A stretch of 64,000 nt of DNA from Eledone cirrhosa (lineage: Eukaryota). Of this stretch, positions 37,222 through 49,589 are shown one piece after another. Under the pieces are notes generated by a model that saw only the letters and a program-made list of their open reading frames with translations, was not told the DNA's origin and made no database searches. A program made the translations under genes and the position numbers. Position 1 is the stretch's first letter. Each line of letters starts with the position of its first letter. The stretch covers positions 53,196,001 to 53,260,000 of the forward strand of contig OZ024743.1 of NCBI GenBank assembly GCA_964016885.1, in the 5' to 3' direction.

Positions 37222-37725
37222 CTAGCTGAGGTACCCGGTAATACCCAGGAGCGGGGGTATTCCCAGTCCCATTAAAATGCCCAATGCCTCTCAGACCAAA
37301 AATGAAATCAAAATATATGACAGATAATCAAAAGCGAAGACAAATTCATTTAGGAAACAATAATACAACCACATATTGTTGATTGCACTGGTCAGGCGAA
37401 TAAAATATTTATCAGAGAAGTTGAGTATTGCTATAATGAAAAAAATAGAACCCCCATTAGGGTGTCTTAATATTATTGAAATTTGCTGAAATTTTGTGAA
37501 TAGGCATCACATCTTGTCATTTACCTATGGTTTAAATTTCATATAAATCGAAGGGAAAACATTTTCAGTGGGGGTTTTCAGCGGGGGGTTTGAACCTCCG
37601 GGGAACCCTTTGATTAAAATGAAATATACGTAAGAAATCACGTGTCAAGTTTCATCAAGATCGATTTGCTAGTTTTTTAGTTTTAGGTTCACAAACAGAC
37701 AGAAATTGCCATTTATGTGTATATA
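37222..37725 (-). mobile_element. Possible non-autonomous Helitron-like element
   Basis: ctagctgaggtacccggtaataccc at one end (reverse of hairpin+CTAG) and acaaacagacag..tttatgtgtata at the other, a layout typical of such elements; single copy here. Confidence 0.45.
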
Positions 37726-37829
37726 TTGGATTGACTCAAGATACCTACAGCTAATCAACTCACTTTGAACTTAAACCTCACTTTGTCAAATATATAGTTG
37801 TTTTCTCAACTTGTCTAAACTTATATATA

Positions 37830-38096
37830 TATATATATATGTGTGTGTGTTTGTGTGTGTGTTCACGCATGTGTGTGTGTATGTATGTGCATGGTTGTGT
37901 ATGTGTGTGAGAGTATGTATATGTGTGTGTATGTGTGTGTGTGTGTATGTGTGTGTGTGTGTTCGTGTGTGTGTGTGTGTGCTCGTGTGAATGTGTGTAT
38001 GTGTGTGTGTGTTCGTGTGTATGTATGTGTGCGTGTGTGTTCGTGTATGCCTGTGTGTGTATGTGTGTATGTGTGTGTGTGTGTGTGTATGAATGT

Positions 38097-38169
<73 letters not shown>

Positions 38170-38195
38170 TGTGTGTGTGTGTGTGTGTATGTATG
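37830..38195. repeat. Degenerate (TG)n microsatellite
   Basis: Direct inspection. Confidence 0.95.
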
Positions 38196-38227
38196 TATCT
38201 ATATATCTATCAATCTCTACCCTACAG

Positions 38228-38349
38228 GTCCTCTCAACCAACCTGGCTGGGATGTTCCTGTTTTACATAACACTGACCAACTCACTGAGAGTCCCTCTGC
38301 CTTCTATGTCAGTTCTCTTCCTATTGATGTCTCCACTAATATGAGTCAG
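38228..38349 (+). CDS. ARHGEF10: ARHGEF10-like exon (PLNQPGWDVPVLHNTDQLTESPSAFYVSSLPIDVSTNMSQ)
   Basis: cctacag acceptor, CAG|gtacag donor, phase 1/0; NxPGW motif follows AKLAL as in ARHGEF10. Confidence 0.83.
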
Positions 38350-39922
38350 GTACAGTCAACACCTAATACTACATCCCATACTGTCTAGGTCAGCTACAGT
38401 CAACACCTAATACTACATCCCATACTGTCTAGGTCAGCTACAGTCAACACCTAATACTACATCCCATACTGTCTAGGTCAGCTACAGTCAACACCTAATA
38501 CTACATCCCATACTGTCTAGGTCAGCTACAGTCAACACCTAATACTACATCCCATACTGTCTAGGTCAGCTACAGTCAACACCTAATACTACATCCCATA
38601 CTGTCTAGGTCAGCTACAGTCAACACCTAATACTACATCCCATACTGTCTAGGTCAGCTACAGTCAACACCTAATACTATGTCCCATACTGTCTAGGTCA
38701 GCTACAGTCAACACCTAATACTACATCCCATACTGTCTAGGTCAGCTACAGTCAACACCTAATACTACATCCCATACTGTCTAGGTCAGCTACAGTCAAC
38801 ACCTAATACTACATCCCATACTGTCTAGGTCAGCTACAGTCAACACCTAATTCTACATCCTATACTGTCTAGGTCAGCTACAGTCAACACCTAATACTAC
38901 ATCCCATACTGTCTAGGTCAGCTACAGTCAACACCTAATACTATGTCCCATACTGTCTAGGTCAGCTACAGTCAACACCTAATACTACATCCCATACTGT
39001 CTAGGTCAGCTACAGTCAACACCTAATACTACATCCCATACTGTCTAGGTCAGCTACAGTCAACACCTAATACTACATCCCATACTGTCTAGGTCAGCTA
39101 CAGTCAACACCTAATACTACATCCCATACTGTCTAGGTCAGCTACAGTCAACACCTAATACTATGTCCCATACTGTCTAGGTCAGCTACAGTCAACACCT
39201 AATACTACATCCCATACTGTCTAGGTCAGCTACAGTCAACACCTAATACTACATCCCATACTGTCTAGGTCAGCTACAGTCAACACCTAATACTACATCC
39301 CATACTGTCTAGGTCAGCTACAGTCAACACCTAATACTACATCCTATACTGTCTAGGTCAGCTACAGTCAACACCTAATACTACATCCCATACTGTCTAG
39401 GTCAGCTACAGTCAACACCTAATACTATGTCCCATACTGTCTAGGTCAGCTACAGTCAACACCTAATCTTACATCCCATACTGTCTAGGTCAGCTACAGT
39501 CAACACCTAATACTACATCCCATACTGTCTAGGTCATCTTCAGTCAACACCTAATACTACATCCCATACTGTCTAGGTCAGCTACAGTCAACACCTAATA
39601 CTACATCTCATACTGTCTAGGTCAGCTACAGTCAACACCTAATACTACGTCCCATACTGTCTAAGTCAGCTACAGTCAACACCTAATACTACATCCCATA
39701 CTGTCTAGGTCAGCTACAGTCAACACCTAATCTTACATCCCATACTGTCTAGGTCAGCTACAGTCAACACCTAATACTACATCCCATACTGTCTAGGTCA
39801 GCTACAGTCAACACCTAATACTACATCCCATACTGTCTAGGTCAGCTACAGTCAACACCTAATACTACATCCCATACTGTCTAGGTCAGCTACAGTCAAC
39901 ACCTAATACTATGTCCCATACT
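38345..39922. repeat. 44-bp tandem array, about 36 copies (tacagtcaacacctaatactacatcccatactgtctaggtcagc)
   Basis: Direct inspection; starts at the donor of exon 38228-38349. Confidence 0.97.
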
Positions 39923-40284
39923 ATTTAACTCTTCCTTTACAATATTTCTAATGATTTTCAAATAATTTTGAAAATAATGAAGAATTTGAATTAAAGTTTT
40001 AATATAAATAGCTTTCTCATCATAATTTTACAATGGAAGGTTTTTAGATAAATATAAACACTTTAAAACATGCAGACAAATAGATTGATAACCAAAAACA
40101 GATACGTAATCTGATCTCCAGTACTTACAACATGGAGAAAATGTCACTAACTGGAACTGTACATATATTATATAGAAATACTTTCAATACAATAGAAATA
40201 TCTGCACCAAAAAACATAACAGTGCACATACCCAAACAACATAGATTGGTGACAGCATTTTATAAAAGCTAATTATGATGATGA

Positions 40285-40682
40285 TAATTGTTTCTACTTT
40301 TGGCACAAGGCCAGCAATTAACCAGTGCATTACTGGTACTTTATTTTATCGACCCCGTAAGGATGAAAGACTAAGCTAACCTCAGTGGGATTTGAACTCA
40401 GAATGGCAAGGGCCGTAACTCTATGTGTCAAAGCATGGCGTCCGACCCTCTACCGATACTGCCAATCCATGATAATGTTAATATGTAATATATAATAATT
40501 GTTTCTACTTTTAGCACAAGGTCAGCAATTACCCAGTGTATTACTGGTACTTTATTTTATCGACCCCGTAAGGATGAAAGGCAAAGTTAACCTCGGCAGG
40601 ATTTGAACTCAGATCAGAAAGGGGCGTAACTCTGTGCTACAAAGCATGTTGTCCGACCCTCTGCTGATACTGCCAAACCACC
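40285..40682 (-). mobile_element. Two tandem tRNA-derived SINE copies
   Basis: Reverse complements of the 1688-1905 family. Confidence 0.8.
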
Positions 40683-40792
40683 AAAGGATACATAATATAT
40701 AATATATTCTGATTTAGACACAATCTATGATGATAATAATAATTATGCCTCTCTTCTTCCTCTCATTCTCTTCTGTCCATCCATACTTGCAG

Positions 40793-41061
40793 CTGCAGTG
40801 TGCTGTTGGTGTTTACCTACAGTCATTTATTGGTTTCCACATTGGAATCCCACACATCTGGGTGTGCAGCAACATTGCAGAGAGTGGTGGTCAAGTTTCT
40901 ATAGTGTCTGTTCAGAGGGGCTGCAGTACAGTGAGTCTGAATGAATCATTCCAGGCAACAGATGCAGCCATCACATGTGTGGAGAGAGTGGAAGGTGACA
41001 GAAGGCCTGAGGATTGCAACATGGCAGTTGACACAGTCTGGATGGCCACAGTCACATGCAA
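40793..41061 (+). CDS. ARHGEF10: ARHGEF10-like exon, start of WD40-like region (LQCAVGV...HIWVCSN...GQVSIVS...TVWMATVTC)
   Basis: Long pyrimidine tract + cag, AA|gtgagt donor, phase 0/2; WVCS, GQV and TVWM motifs of the ARHGEF10/17/JIP propeller. Confidence 0.9.
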
Positions 41062-41104
41062 GTGAGTCTTCACCCCCACACAGGGGTCATTGTCTATGTG
41101 TTGT

Positions 41105-41270
41105 GAAGGCACATGGCTTAGAAGTTAGAACATTGGGCTTGCAATCGAAAGGTTGTGAGTTCAATTCTCGGACCGGGTGATGTGTTGTTTCCTTGAGCAA
41201 GACACTTTATTTCACGTTGCTCCAGTTTACTCAGCTGTAGAAATGAGATGATAGGACTGGGGTCCCTATC
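41105..41270 (+). mobile_element. tRNA-derived SINE with CORE-like segment (5' part)
   Basis: A box tggcttag, B box gagttcaattc, then ccttgagcaagacactttatttcacgttg; copies at 44215-44335(-), 52460-52785(+) and 53943-54290(-). Confidence 0.75.
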
Positions 41271-41774
41271 ATTAAATTACCCAAGACACCTCCTACGAGA
41301 TATACCTTGGAGGAGGCCAGCTAAACCTGTATAGGTGTGAGCTGTCATACACACACACACACATAGGTGCGAGCTGTAACACACAAACATAGGTGTGAGC
41401 TGTCACACACACACACACACACTATGTGCTGTGTTGGTGTCAAAGACACACATGAAGATGTGTGAAAATGAGTCTGCTTACCCAACGTAGGTTTACAGTA
41501 GTTACCTTAACATTTGTTCATGTGGTGTGTGTGAGTTAAGGTGTGTCTGTGTGAAGGTATGTTAAGACTTTAAACATTTAAACCAGCCGTAACTGGCCAG
41601 AATTGTTTCCCCTTTTTCAAACTGGCCATCACCAGCAGCTCACACCAACATTAAGATATCGTTCTTAAAATGAACAATAACATCAGGAAAATATCATAGA
41701 CTCGAGATTATGTGAGATAAAGACTTTACCATGAATATACAATAGCATATATAGAGTAATGTAAAGGGCTGAGA

Positions 41775-42900
41775 GTGTGGTGTGTGGTGTGGTGTGGCGT
41801 GTGGTGTGGTGTGTGGTGTGGTGTGTGGTGTGTGTGATGTGGTGTGTGGTGTGGTGTGGTGTGTGTGATGTGGTGTGTGGTGTTGTGTGTGGTGTGTGGT
41901 GTGTGGTGTGGTGTGTGTGGTGTGTGTGGTGTGGTGTGTGGTGTGGTGTGTCGTGTGGTGTGGTGTGGTGTGTGGTGTGTGGTGTGGTGTGTGGTGGTGT
42001 GTGGTATGTGGTGTGTGGTGTATGTGGTGTGTGGTGTATGTGGTGTGTGGTGTGGTGTGGTGTGGTGTGTCGTGTGTGTGGTGTGGTGTGTGGTGTGGTG
42101 TTGTGGTGTGTGTTGTGTGGTGTGTGGTGTGGTGTGGTGTGTGTGGTGTGGTGGTGTGTGTGTGGTGTGTGTAGTGTGGTGTGTGGTGTGGTGTGGTGTG
42201 TGTGGTGTGTGGTGTGTGGTGTGGTGTGGTGTGTGGTGTGGTGTGTGGTGTGGTGTGTGGTGGTGTGTGGTGTATGTGGTGTGTGGTGTGGTGTGTGTGG
42301 TGTGTGTGGTGTGGTGTGTGGTGTGGTGTGTGGTGTGGTGTGTGTGGTGTGTGGTGTTGTGTGTGGTGTGTGGTGCGGTGTGGTGTGTGGTGTGTGTGGT
42401 GGTGTGTGGTGTGTGTGGTGTGGTGTGCGTGGTGTGGTGTGGTGTGTGGTGTGGTGTGGTGTGGTGTGTGGTGTGTGTGGTGTGTGGTGTTGTGTGTGGT
42501 GTGTGGTGTGGTGTGGTGTGTGGTGTGGTGTGTGGTGTGGTGTGTGGTGGTGTGTGGTGTATGTGGTGTGTGGTGTGGTGTGTGTGGTGTGTGTGGTGTG
42601 GTGTGTGGTGTGGTGTGTGGTGTGGTGTGGTGTGTGGTGTGTGTGGCGTGTGGTGTTGTGTGTGGTGTGTGGTGCGGTGTGGTGTGTGGTGTGTGTGGTG
42701 GTGTGTGGTGTGTGTGGTGTGGTGTGCGTGGTGTGGTGTGGTGTGTGGTGTGGTGTGTGGTGTTGTGTGGTGTGTGGTGGTGTGTGGTGTATGTGGTGTT
42801 GTGTGTGGTGTGTGGTGTGTGGTGTGGTGTGTGGTGTTGTGTGGTGTGTGGTGGTGTGTGGTATTGTGTGTGGTATGGTGTGGTGTGTGGTGATGTGTGT
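41775..42900. repeat. (GTGTG/GT)n low-complexity repeat
   Basis: Direct inspection. Confidence 0.95.
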
Positions 42901-43242
42901 TTGTGTATGTGAGAGGGTTGGTGTGTTTATGTGTGTGAGTATGTATGTGGAGGTGTGCAGTGCATGTGTTGACCCAAGAGTTACAGTATTTGCCTTTATG
43001 TGTGTGTGTATATATATAGTGTGAATATGTGTTTGATTGTGTGTGTGCAAAAATGAGAATGTGTAGATATGTGGATGTGTACCTGTGTCTCTGCATTTGA
43101 GTGTGTTGCAGCTTGTGTGTTTGTATGCATGTATTGCACGTGTATATTATATGTGTGTTTGGATGTATGTCACACATTACTAATTTTATATTTTGTTTCT
43201 ACACCACCACCACCACCACTGTCTCCAACACCACCACCACAG

Positions 43243-43400
43243 AATGTACATCTATGGCCTACAAACATGCAAGAGTAAACAACGCCAACCAATCCAGGTG
43301 TTTGATTTACCTGGCCACGTTTTACATCTGCTGTATGCAGGTGAGAAGGTCTTTGCTGCCATGGACAATGGATGTGTCTTGATATTTGAGAGGAATACAG
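43243..43400 (+). CDS. ARHGEF10: ARHGEF10-like exon, WD40-like (MYIYGLQTCK...VLHLLYAGEKVFAAMDNGCVLIFERNT)
   Basis: cacag acceptor, G|gttggt donor, phase 2/1. Confidence 0.85.
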
Positions 43401-43424
43401 GTTGGTTTGCAGTTCATCAATATC

Positions 43425-43532
43425 ATTATCACCACCACTGCCATCACTACCACCACCACCACTCCCACTCCCACCGCCACCACCACCACTACCACCACCA
43501 CCACCACTGTTACCACTGCCACCACCATTACC

Positions 43533-43581
<49 letters not shown>

Positions 43582-43768
43582 ACACCATCACCATCACCAC
43601 CATCATCATCACCACCAACACCATCACTGTCACCACCACCACCACTGTCACCACCACCACTGTCACCACCACCACTGTCACCACCATCACCATCACCACC
43701 ATCATCACCACCACCACCGTCACCACCATCACCATCACCACCACCACCGTCACCACCACTACCACCAA
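43425..43768. repeat. (CAC/CAT)n trinucleotide repeat
   Basis: Direct inspection. Confidence 0.93.
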
Positions 43769-44054
43769 CACTTCCAGTTAGTGATCGCTTAAATAAACAT
43801 TCATATATTTCCGTCACTAATTTTCTCCTAATGCAGTTTATATATAATATCGTCTGGTTTTAATATATCATGGATTACGTTACTGATTACATAAGACAGT
43901 GTAACGCAGTCTTCGTTCAATTTCTGTGGATATTGTCAATTATGATTTTATTTGATGTATCATATCTACATGGATATATATACCTGCGTACAATATCAAT
44001 ATACACACTACACATGCTAGCAGAAAACCACCCAAACGGTGGTTTTTCTGCTAG
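43766..44054 (+). mobile_element. 5'-truncated copy of the Helitron-like element
   Basis: Highly similar to 28598-28884, ending in hairpin + CTAG|T. Confidence 0.75.
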
Positions 44055-44474
44055 TTTCTGATAATAGAGAATAAGTGCCTTTATCAATACTGTCGATGAA
44101 ACTGACAGTTTTTTAATGTACTGCTAATCTTCCTCTCTTTAATTGATCAACCTCATTTGCTGAGGTGGTGCTTGTCAAATTAGACGAAGGAAACAATTAG
44201 TCTTTCCATTGCTGAAGGAGAAATGTGAAATAAAGTGTCTTGCTCAAGGACGTAATGCATCTCCAGCTCCAGGAATCAACCTCACAACCTCATGATTGTG
44301 AATCTAATTTTATAACCACTAAGCCATGCACCTTCACCTACTAATACTATATATTAAAACATAAATTACCACTGTTTACAAACGTTGGGCTCATTCTATC
44401 ATAATATGTAACCTCACACAAGTAACTATATATAAATATACAAATTAATTAATCTATAAACTTATATATTTCAG

Positions 44475-44629
44475 ATGGATATCACAGTTGGTGTGTTGAT
44501 GCACCACAGATTATCGAACTTAGTTCTGACCCTATTGTATGCCTACTAAAAATTACTTCAGATGACTGTATATTGGCTGCTAGTGGCAACATGATACATA
44601 AAATTGATTATCACACTGGTCAATTACAG
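44475..44629 (+). CDS. ARHGEF10: ARHGEF10-like exon, WD40-like (GYHSWCVDAPQIIELSSDPIVCLL...ILAASGNMIHKIDYHTGQLQ)
   Basis: tttcag acceptor, CAG|gtaaga donor, phase 1/0. Confidence 0.88.
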
Positions 44630-45247
44630 GTAAGACATAATTCACTATATCTCACTTGATAACACTTATTCTGAACTCTCTATTTTGATATCGAATGGAG
44701 CCTTTGTGTATCTTTATTGTTGAACGTAGCTCAATCTCTCTCTCTCTCTAATATATATATATATATATTATATAAAATCAAAAGATGGTTAAAAGAGTTC
44801 CATGTATTTTGTTATGCGCATTTCAAAAACAAATATCATCATGGGATGATATTATTTATACTCCAGTCCTATAAACTGTTGAGTGCTACTTATCCGATAT
44901 TTGCATTGTTTTATTGTGCTACAATAAAACTCACCTCCTACATATATATATATATTATATTGTTATACTTGGGGAGGCTCATATTGTTGTAATAATATTG
45001 CCAGAAATAACAGAACACACTCACTGTTTGGTTGGTTTTCCCTTCTGTATCTTTTCTATCTCCATAGTTAATTTATTTGGCAATCAATGTTTATCATTGA
45101 TTGACCAACGGTTAAAAATACAGATATAAATATATATATATAGCCTATCAATGTCCTTTCGTTGCACATCTGCAACATCATCAGTGGTACTATTATGTTC
45201 CCACCTATTGTATTGTATTGTATTGTAATGTCTACGCCATTTTGGCG

Positions 45248-45295
<48 letters not shown>

Positions 45296-45544
45296 GTGTG
45301 TGTGTGTGTGTATCAATGTAAGCCGTGAGTAGGGGGACCCAGGAAGACTTGGGATGAGGTAATAAAAGCTGATCTTGCGCAATTGCACCTTTAAAAGGTG
45401 CAATTGGGATCTCTGACATTGTACAGTAATGCAGATCTGACTTGGCACAGGCTGAAGATGAAGCATATGTATAATATACACTACCCCACCCCATCCACTC
45501 CTACACATCTCTCATAAGGACAAGCTGAAGTATACATCCAGTGA

Positions 45545-46112
45545 AGTGCCCAGTCCTCACTGTAAAGTGGTCATGTAGGTGTCACGGGAAAAAACACCCA
45601 GTCCTCACTGTAAAGTGGTTGTGTAGGTCTCATGGCAAAAAGCACCCAGTCCACACTGTAAAGTGGTCATGTAGGTGTCACGGCAAAAAGCACCCAGTCC
45701 ACACTGTAAAGTGGTCATGTAGGTGTCACGGCAAAAAGCACCCAGTCCACACTGTAAAGTGGTCATGTAGGTGTCACGGCAAAAAGCACCCAGTCCACAC
45801 TGTAAAGTGGTCATGTAGGTGTCACGGCAAAAAGCACCCAGTCCACACTGTAAAGTGGTCATGTAGGTGACACGACAAAAAGCACCCAGTCCACATTGTA
45901 AAGTGGTTGTGTAGGTGTCACGGCAAAAAGCACCCAGTACTCACTGTAAATGAGGTTGGCGCTAGGAAGGGCATCCAGATGTAGAAAACAATCCAAAATT
46001 GGATCTGTATGAGCAAGACATGGTCACCTGACCTAGAATGGCTCACAACATGATGACTTGTCTAACCCATGCCTGGAAAAATGGACATTAAACGGTGATG
46101 ATGATGATGATA
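45545..46112 (+). repeat. 48-bp tandem array (about 8.5 copies) within an RTE-type SINE/LINE tail ending (GAT)n
   Basis: Unit cacccagtccacactgtaaagtggtcatgtaggtgtcacggcaaaaag; continues into ctaggaagggcatccag...gatgatgat, as at 1-226. Confidence 0.88.
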
Positions 46113-46306
46113 CATTAATTTCTGCTTTGACTCTTCAGTGTTCCTGAAATTAATGGCTAACAGTTCTATGTGACCCCACCACTACATTGAGCTTTTAATC
46201 AACCGGTAAATGAGTTTAACTATTCCAGTTAATATTATCATAGCCATAATATTAATACAACTATTATATATGTAAGTATGTATATATCACATATGCTCCT
46301 TTGCAG

Positions 46307-46478
46307 GACTCTTGCTGCCTGTCTCCTACAGATGTCATCCAACACATAGTCCAGGCAGGGGTTGGTATCTGGGTTTCCTACCAGAATAGCCCCACCATCC
46401 ACCTCTACCACATTGAGAATTTGAACCTCCTGCAAGACATTAATATATCCTCAGCTGGAGCCAGGGTCTTTCCTGCAG
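46307..46478 (+). CDS. ARHGEF10: ARHGEF10-like exon, WD40-like (DSCCLSPTDVIQHIVQAGVGIWVSYQNSPTIHLYHIENLNLLQDINISSAGARVFPA)
   Basis: tttgcag acceptor, G|gtaagt donor, phase 0/1; GVGxWxS...LxHxExLxxLQDINI motif. Confidence 0.93.
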
Positions 46479-46639
46479 GTAAGTTTATTTCTCTCACTCT
46501 TTCTTTCACTCTTCTCTCACTCTTTCTCTCATTCTTTCTCTCATTCTTTCTCTCATTCTTTCTCTCATTCTTTCTTTCACTCTTTCTCACCCCATCTCTC
46601 TCCCTTGTGCCTATCACCATTATAAAAAACCAACCAACA

Positions 46640-48100
46640 AGCACTTGATGTCATCATACAACTGAGTGATGAGTTTGTTTTTTCCTTGTAATTTCAAATT
46701 AAGATCAGTTAATTGTGCAGTAATATCCACAGCAAAAGCCAGATCTTGGAGCCAACTTTCATCTTTTATTTTATCTGTGTTTTGACCTTTCATCTCCAAA
46801 GACATAATTATTTCTTGTCTCAACAAATAGAATCTTTTCAGCATTTTGTGACATGACAACCAGTGAACTTCTGTGTAGAATGGAACATCATTGAACTGAT
46901 TATCCATATCTTCTAACAACTGACTGAACTGACGGTGGTTGAGAGCATGGCCTCTGCTATAGTTCACTGTCTTTGTGACCAAGCTAAGCACATGATGCAA
47001 TTTATAATCTTTGAACACAAATTTTGCTGATGAATAATACAGTGAAAATGTGTAAGTGATGAATCTGAATGCGAGTTTTCTATTTTTGTTCGTAACTTGG
47101 CAGCAACACCAATATGTCTGCCAACCATATTCGCAGCACCGTCAGTAGATAAGCATGCAAGTTTACTCAGATCAAAACTATAGTCATGCAGAGCCTGATC
47201 GACTTTCTCAAAGATATCCTGGCTTGTTATAGTGTCATGCATGGGGACCAGTTCAATCAGTTCTTTATAAATATTAAATTTACTGTCACATGCCCTGATG
47301 AAGACTGCAAGCTGTGCCATTCTCATCAATAGCAATAGAAAAATATTCAAACCTTGATGATACAGCCTTCAACTGTTGTTTCAGATCACCTGACATTTCA
47401 TCAATCCGTTCAGCAACAGTGTTCCTGGTTAATGAAATGTCTTTGAATAAGTGTGCTTTCTCTGGACATACAATTTCACCTGTTTTTACAAGGCATTTTT
47501 ACAAAATCTCCTTCACTGTAAGATTTCTCACTCATGGCGATCATGCAACTGAGTTCATAGCTTGCAGTAACAGAAGTGACATTCTCTTCCTGAATTTACA
47601 TAAAACAGGTCTGTTGCTGTGTCAAATTAGCCTTCAATTCCTTGAGTCTTGAAACACACATTGGGCCTCCATATCTATCGTAAGATCGATGGTTCGTTTC
47701 ATAATGTCTTTTCAAATTGTACTCTTTTGGCATGGCGATACAGTTGTTGCAAATTAAACAGTGTATCTTTTTCTGTTCACTGTTGTGCAAAAATACTGTA
47801 ATTCCCACTTTTCTTGAAACACTCGCCCTTCTTTGTTCAATTTCCTTTTTCTTTTAGCTGGAGGAGCACTAGCCATTTTAAAAGAAAAAAACTTTTGAAA
47901 TTTTGAAAGAAAGTTTTCTGTTTACAACTGTTAATGAGCTGTGCATGATGAGTTCGGAGTTAAAAGTAGTTGACAAAAATCGCACCAAAAAAAATTGTAT
48001 TTATTTTTTATTACTCAAGCTGTAAAAACCTTTGTGCAGGCTGCAGGTGTGCTTGCAAAGGGCCACATGCAGTGCGCTGCTCGCATGTTTGGCATGCCTG
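46640..48100 (-). mobile_element. Decayed hAT DNA transposon (GTF2IRD2/Charlie/SPIN-like transposase)
   Basis: ATG at 47876 (MASAPPAKRKRK...RVFQEKW), BED-like CLIC...KEYNLKRHYETNH, AQLAVFIR, STDGAANMVG, HCIIHQQNLC, TEVHWLS, LNLKLQG; terminus CAGGCATGCCAAAC at 48100 next to gTCTAGat; frameshifted and 3'-truncated. Confidence 0.9.
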
Positions 48101-48842
48101 GTCTAGATAGATGAAAAACAAAACGAGGATGTAGTTTATGGAACACCCAAATGATTTAGAAGTCGACCTTAAGAAGGAGCAATAACATTAAGAAAAACAG
48201 GAATGACACCACAGGATTTTGTATTGAGAATTTTGAAAGTAGGTTTATAAGTATGAATTTTCAGTTGTCCCAGTGGCCTACCGGTAGGTACTAGAGAAGG
48301 TGGAGATCCTGGTCTTGGGTTCAATCCTGGTCAAGAGGTACGTGTAATCATTTTCAGTTTTTATTTTACATCCCATAGAATAAAAAACTGAAAAGGTTAA
48401 CTGGAATCCTACTCCAGACCAGGATCACCACTGTCTATGATTCCTCCAGCTAGGCCACTGAGACAACTACAAAAGTATAATGAAAATTAATAATTATAAA
48501 TTTACTTTCAAAATAAAAGTTACAAAGAGCTATTAGTCATATTTAGGGTCGACTTGTCAATCTTGTGGCTCTTTGGTAACAACCTTATTATTCCTGTGTG
48601 TTTAACTGTTGAATTAATTTAATTCAATTATTTTAACAAACAAATTATATATATATATAATGGCAGTCATTGTATGTTTGAATCTAACCAACATGCATAA
48701 ATATATATATATGTAAGGTAAGCCAAAATCATAGTAGATTGAAATATCACAGAGAGAAAGAGTGAGAGAGAGAGAGGGGGGGGGGAGAAATTAGGTGTGA
48801 CAGAAATGAAACATGGATTACAGGTTAAAATATAGTCTAGGT

Positions 48843-49041
48843 CAGTCATGTCAAACTGAAGAGCCACCCCTCCTCTCGAGGGCTACATAGATCATATATG
48901 TGTTGTCTGATGGCCACACAAGACAACTAATTTTTAAATTTTAAATTACAAAGATGAAACCTGTAAAAACCTTTGTACGGGCCGCAGGTGTGCATGTGAA
49001 GGGCTGCATGTGGCCCGTGGGCCTCATGTTTGACATACCTG
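48843..49041. mobile_element. hAT-type MITE related to the adjacent transposon
   Basis: TIRs CAGTCATGTCAAAC / GTTTGACATACCTG; shares ctgtaaaaacctttgt..gcaggtgtgc subterminal sequence with 48020-48100. Confidence 0.75.
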
Positions 49042-49346
49042 TATTAGAAGGCATATTGTTATATTTATTGTTTTACTCTTTACTGACTTTTATTTAATCT
49101 TGCACCATTTTGGCCAATAAAAGAAATTATGATTATTACAATAATAATTACCATTATCGTCTCTACTATTCCAAGTTCAGTTTTTAGATATTTAATCTCT
49201 CAAGTGCAATGCTCTCGGATTGAAAGTAATGTTAAGTTTCCAGCAAAGTAGATGTTTGTAGAGTAGTTATATTTGGTGAAATGCCAATTTCCTTCAAATA
49301 ACACTCCAAGATTTTGGTGATCGATCTTAATGCTCCTATCACTATT

Positions 49347-49518
49347 GGTGGTGAAATGGCAGTATCGGTAGAGCGTCAGACACCATCCTTTACAGCATAG
49401 AGTTATGGCCCTTTACGTTCTGAGGTAAAATCCACATCCTTACAGGGTCGATAAAATAAAGTACCAGTAATACACTGGGATAATTGCTGGCCTTGTGCCA
49501 AACGTTGAAACAATTATT
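49347..49518 (+). mobile_element. tRNA-derived SINE copy
   Basis: Similar to 1688-1905. Confidence 0.75.
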
Positions 49519-49589
49519 TATGTGTTTTTGACCCAAATCCTAGAAATTTGATTCTCAACTCAATGTTTTTGTTTTTCTTCCCTCAGATA

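Noticed and set aside
41683-43863. His/Thr-, Cys/Val/Trp-, Gly- and Pro-rich ORFs
   Set aside because: Microsatellite translations; only 43243-43400 is coding.
48101-48842. gtctagat / gtctaggt as a shared 8-bp hAT target-site duplication
   Set aside because: They flank the outer sides of two different elements rather than both ends of one; better explained by the nTCTAGn target preference of Charlie-type hATs.
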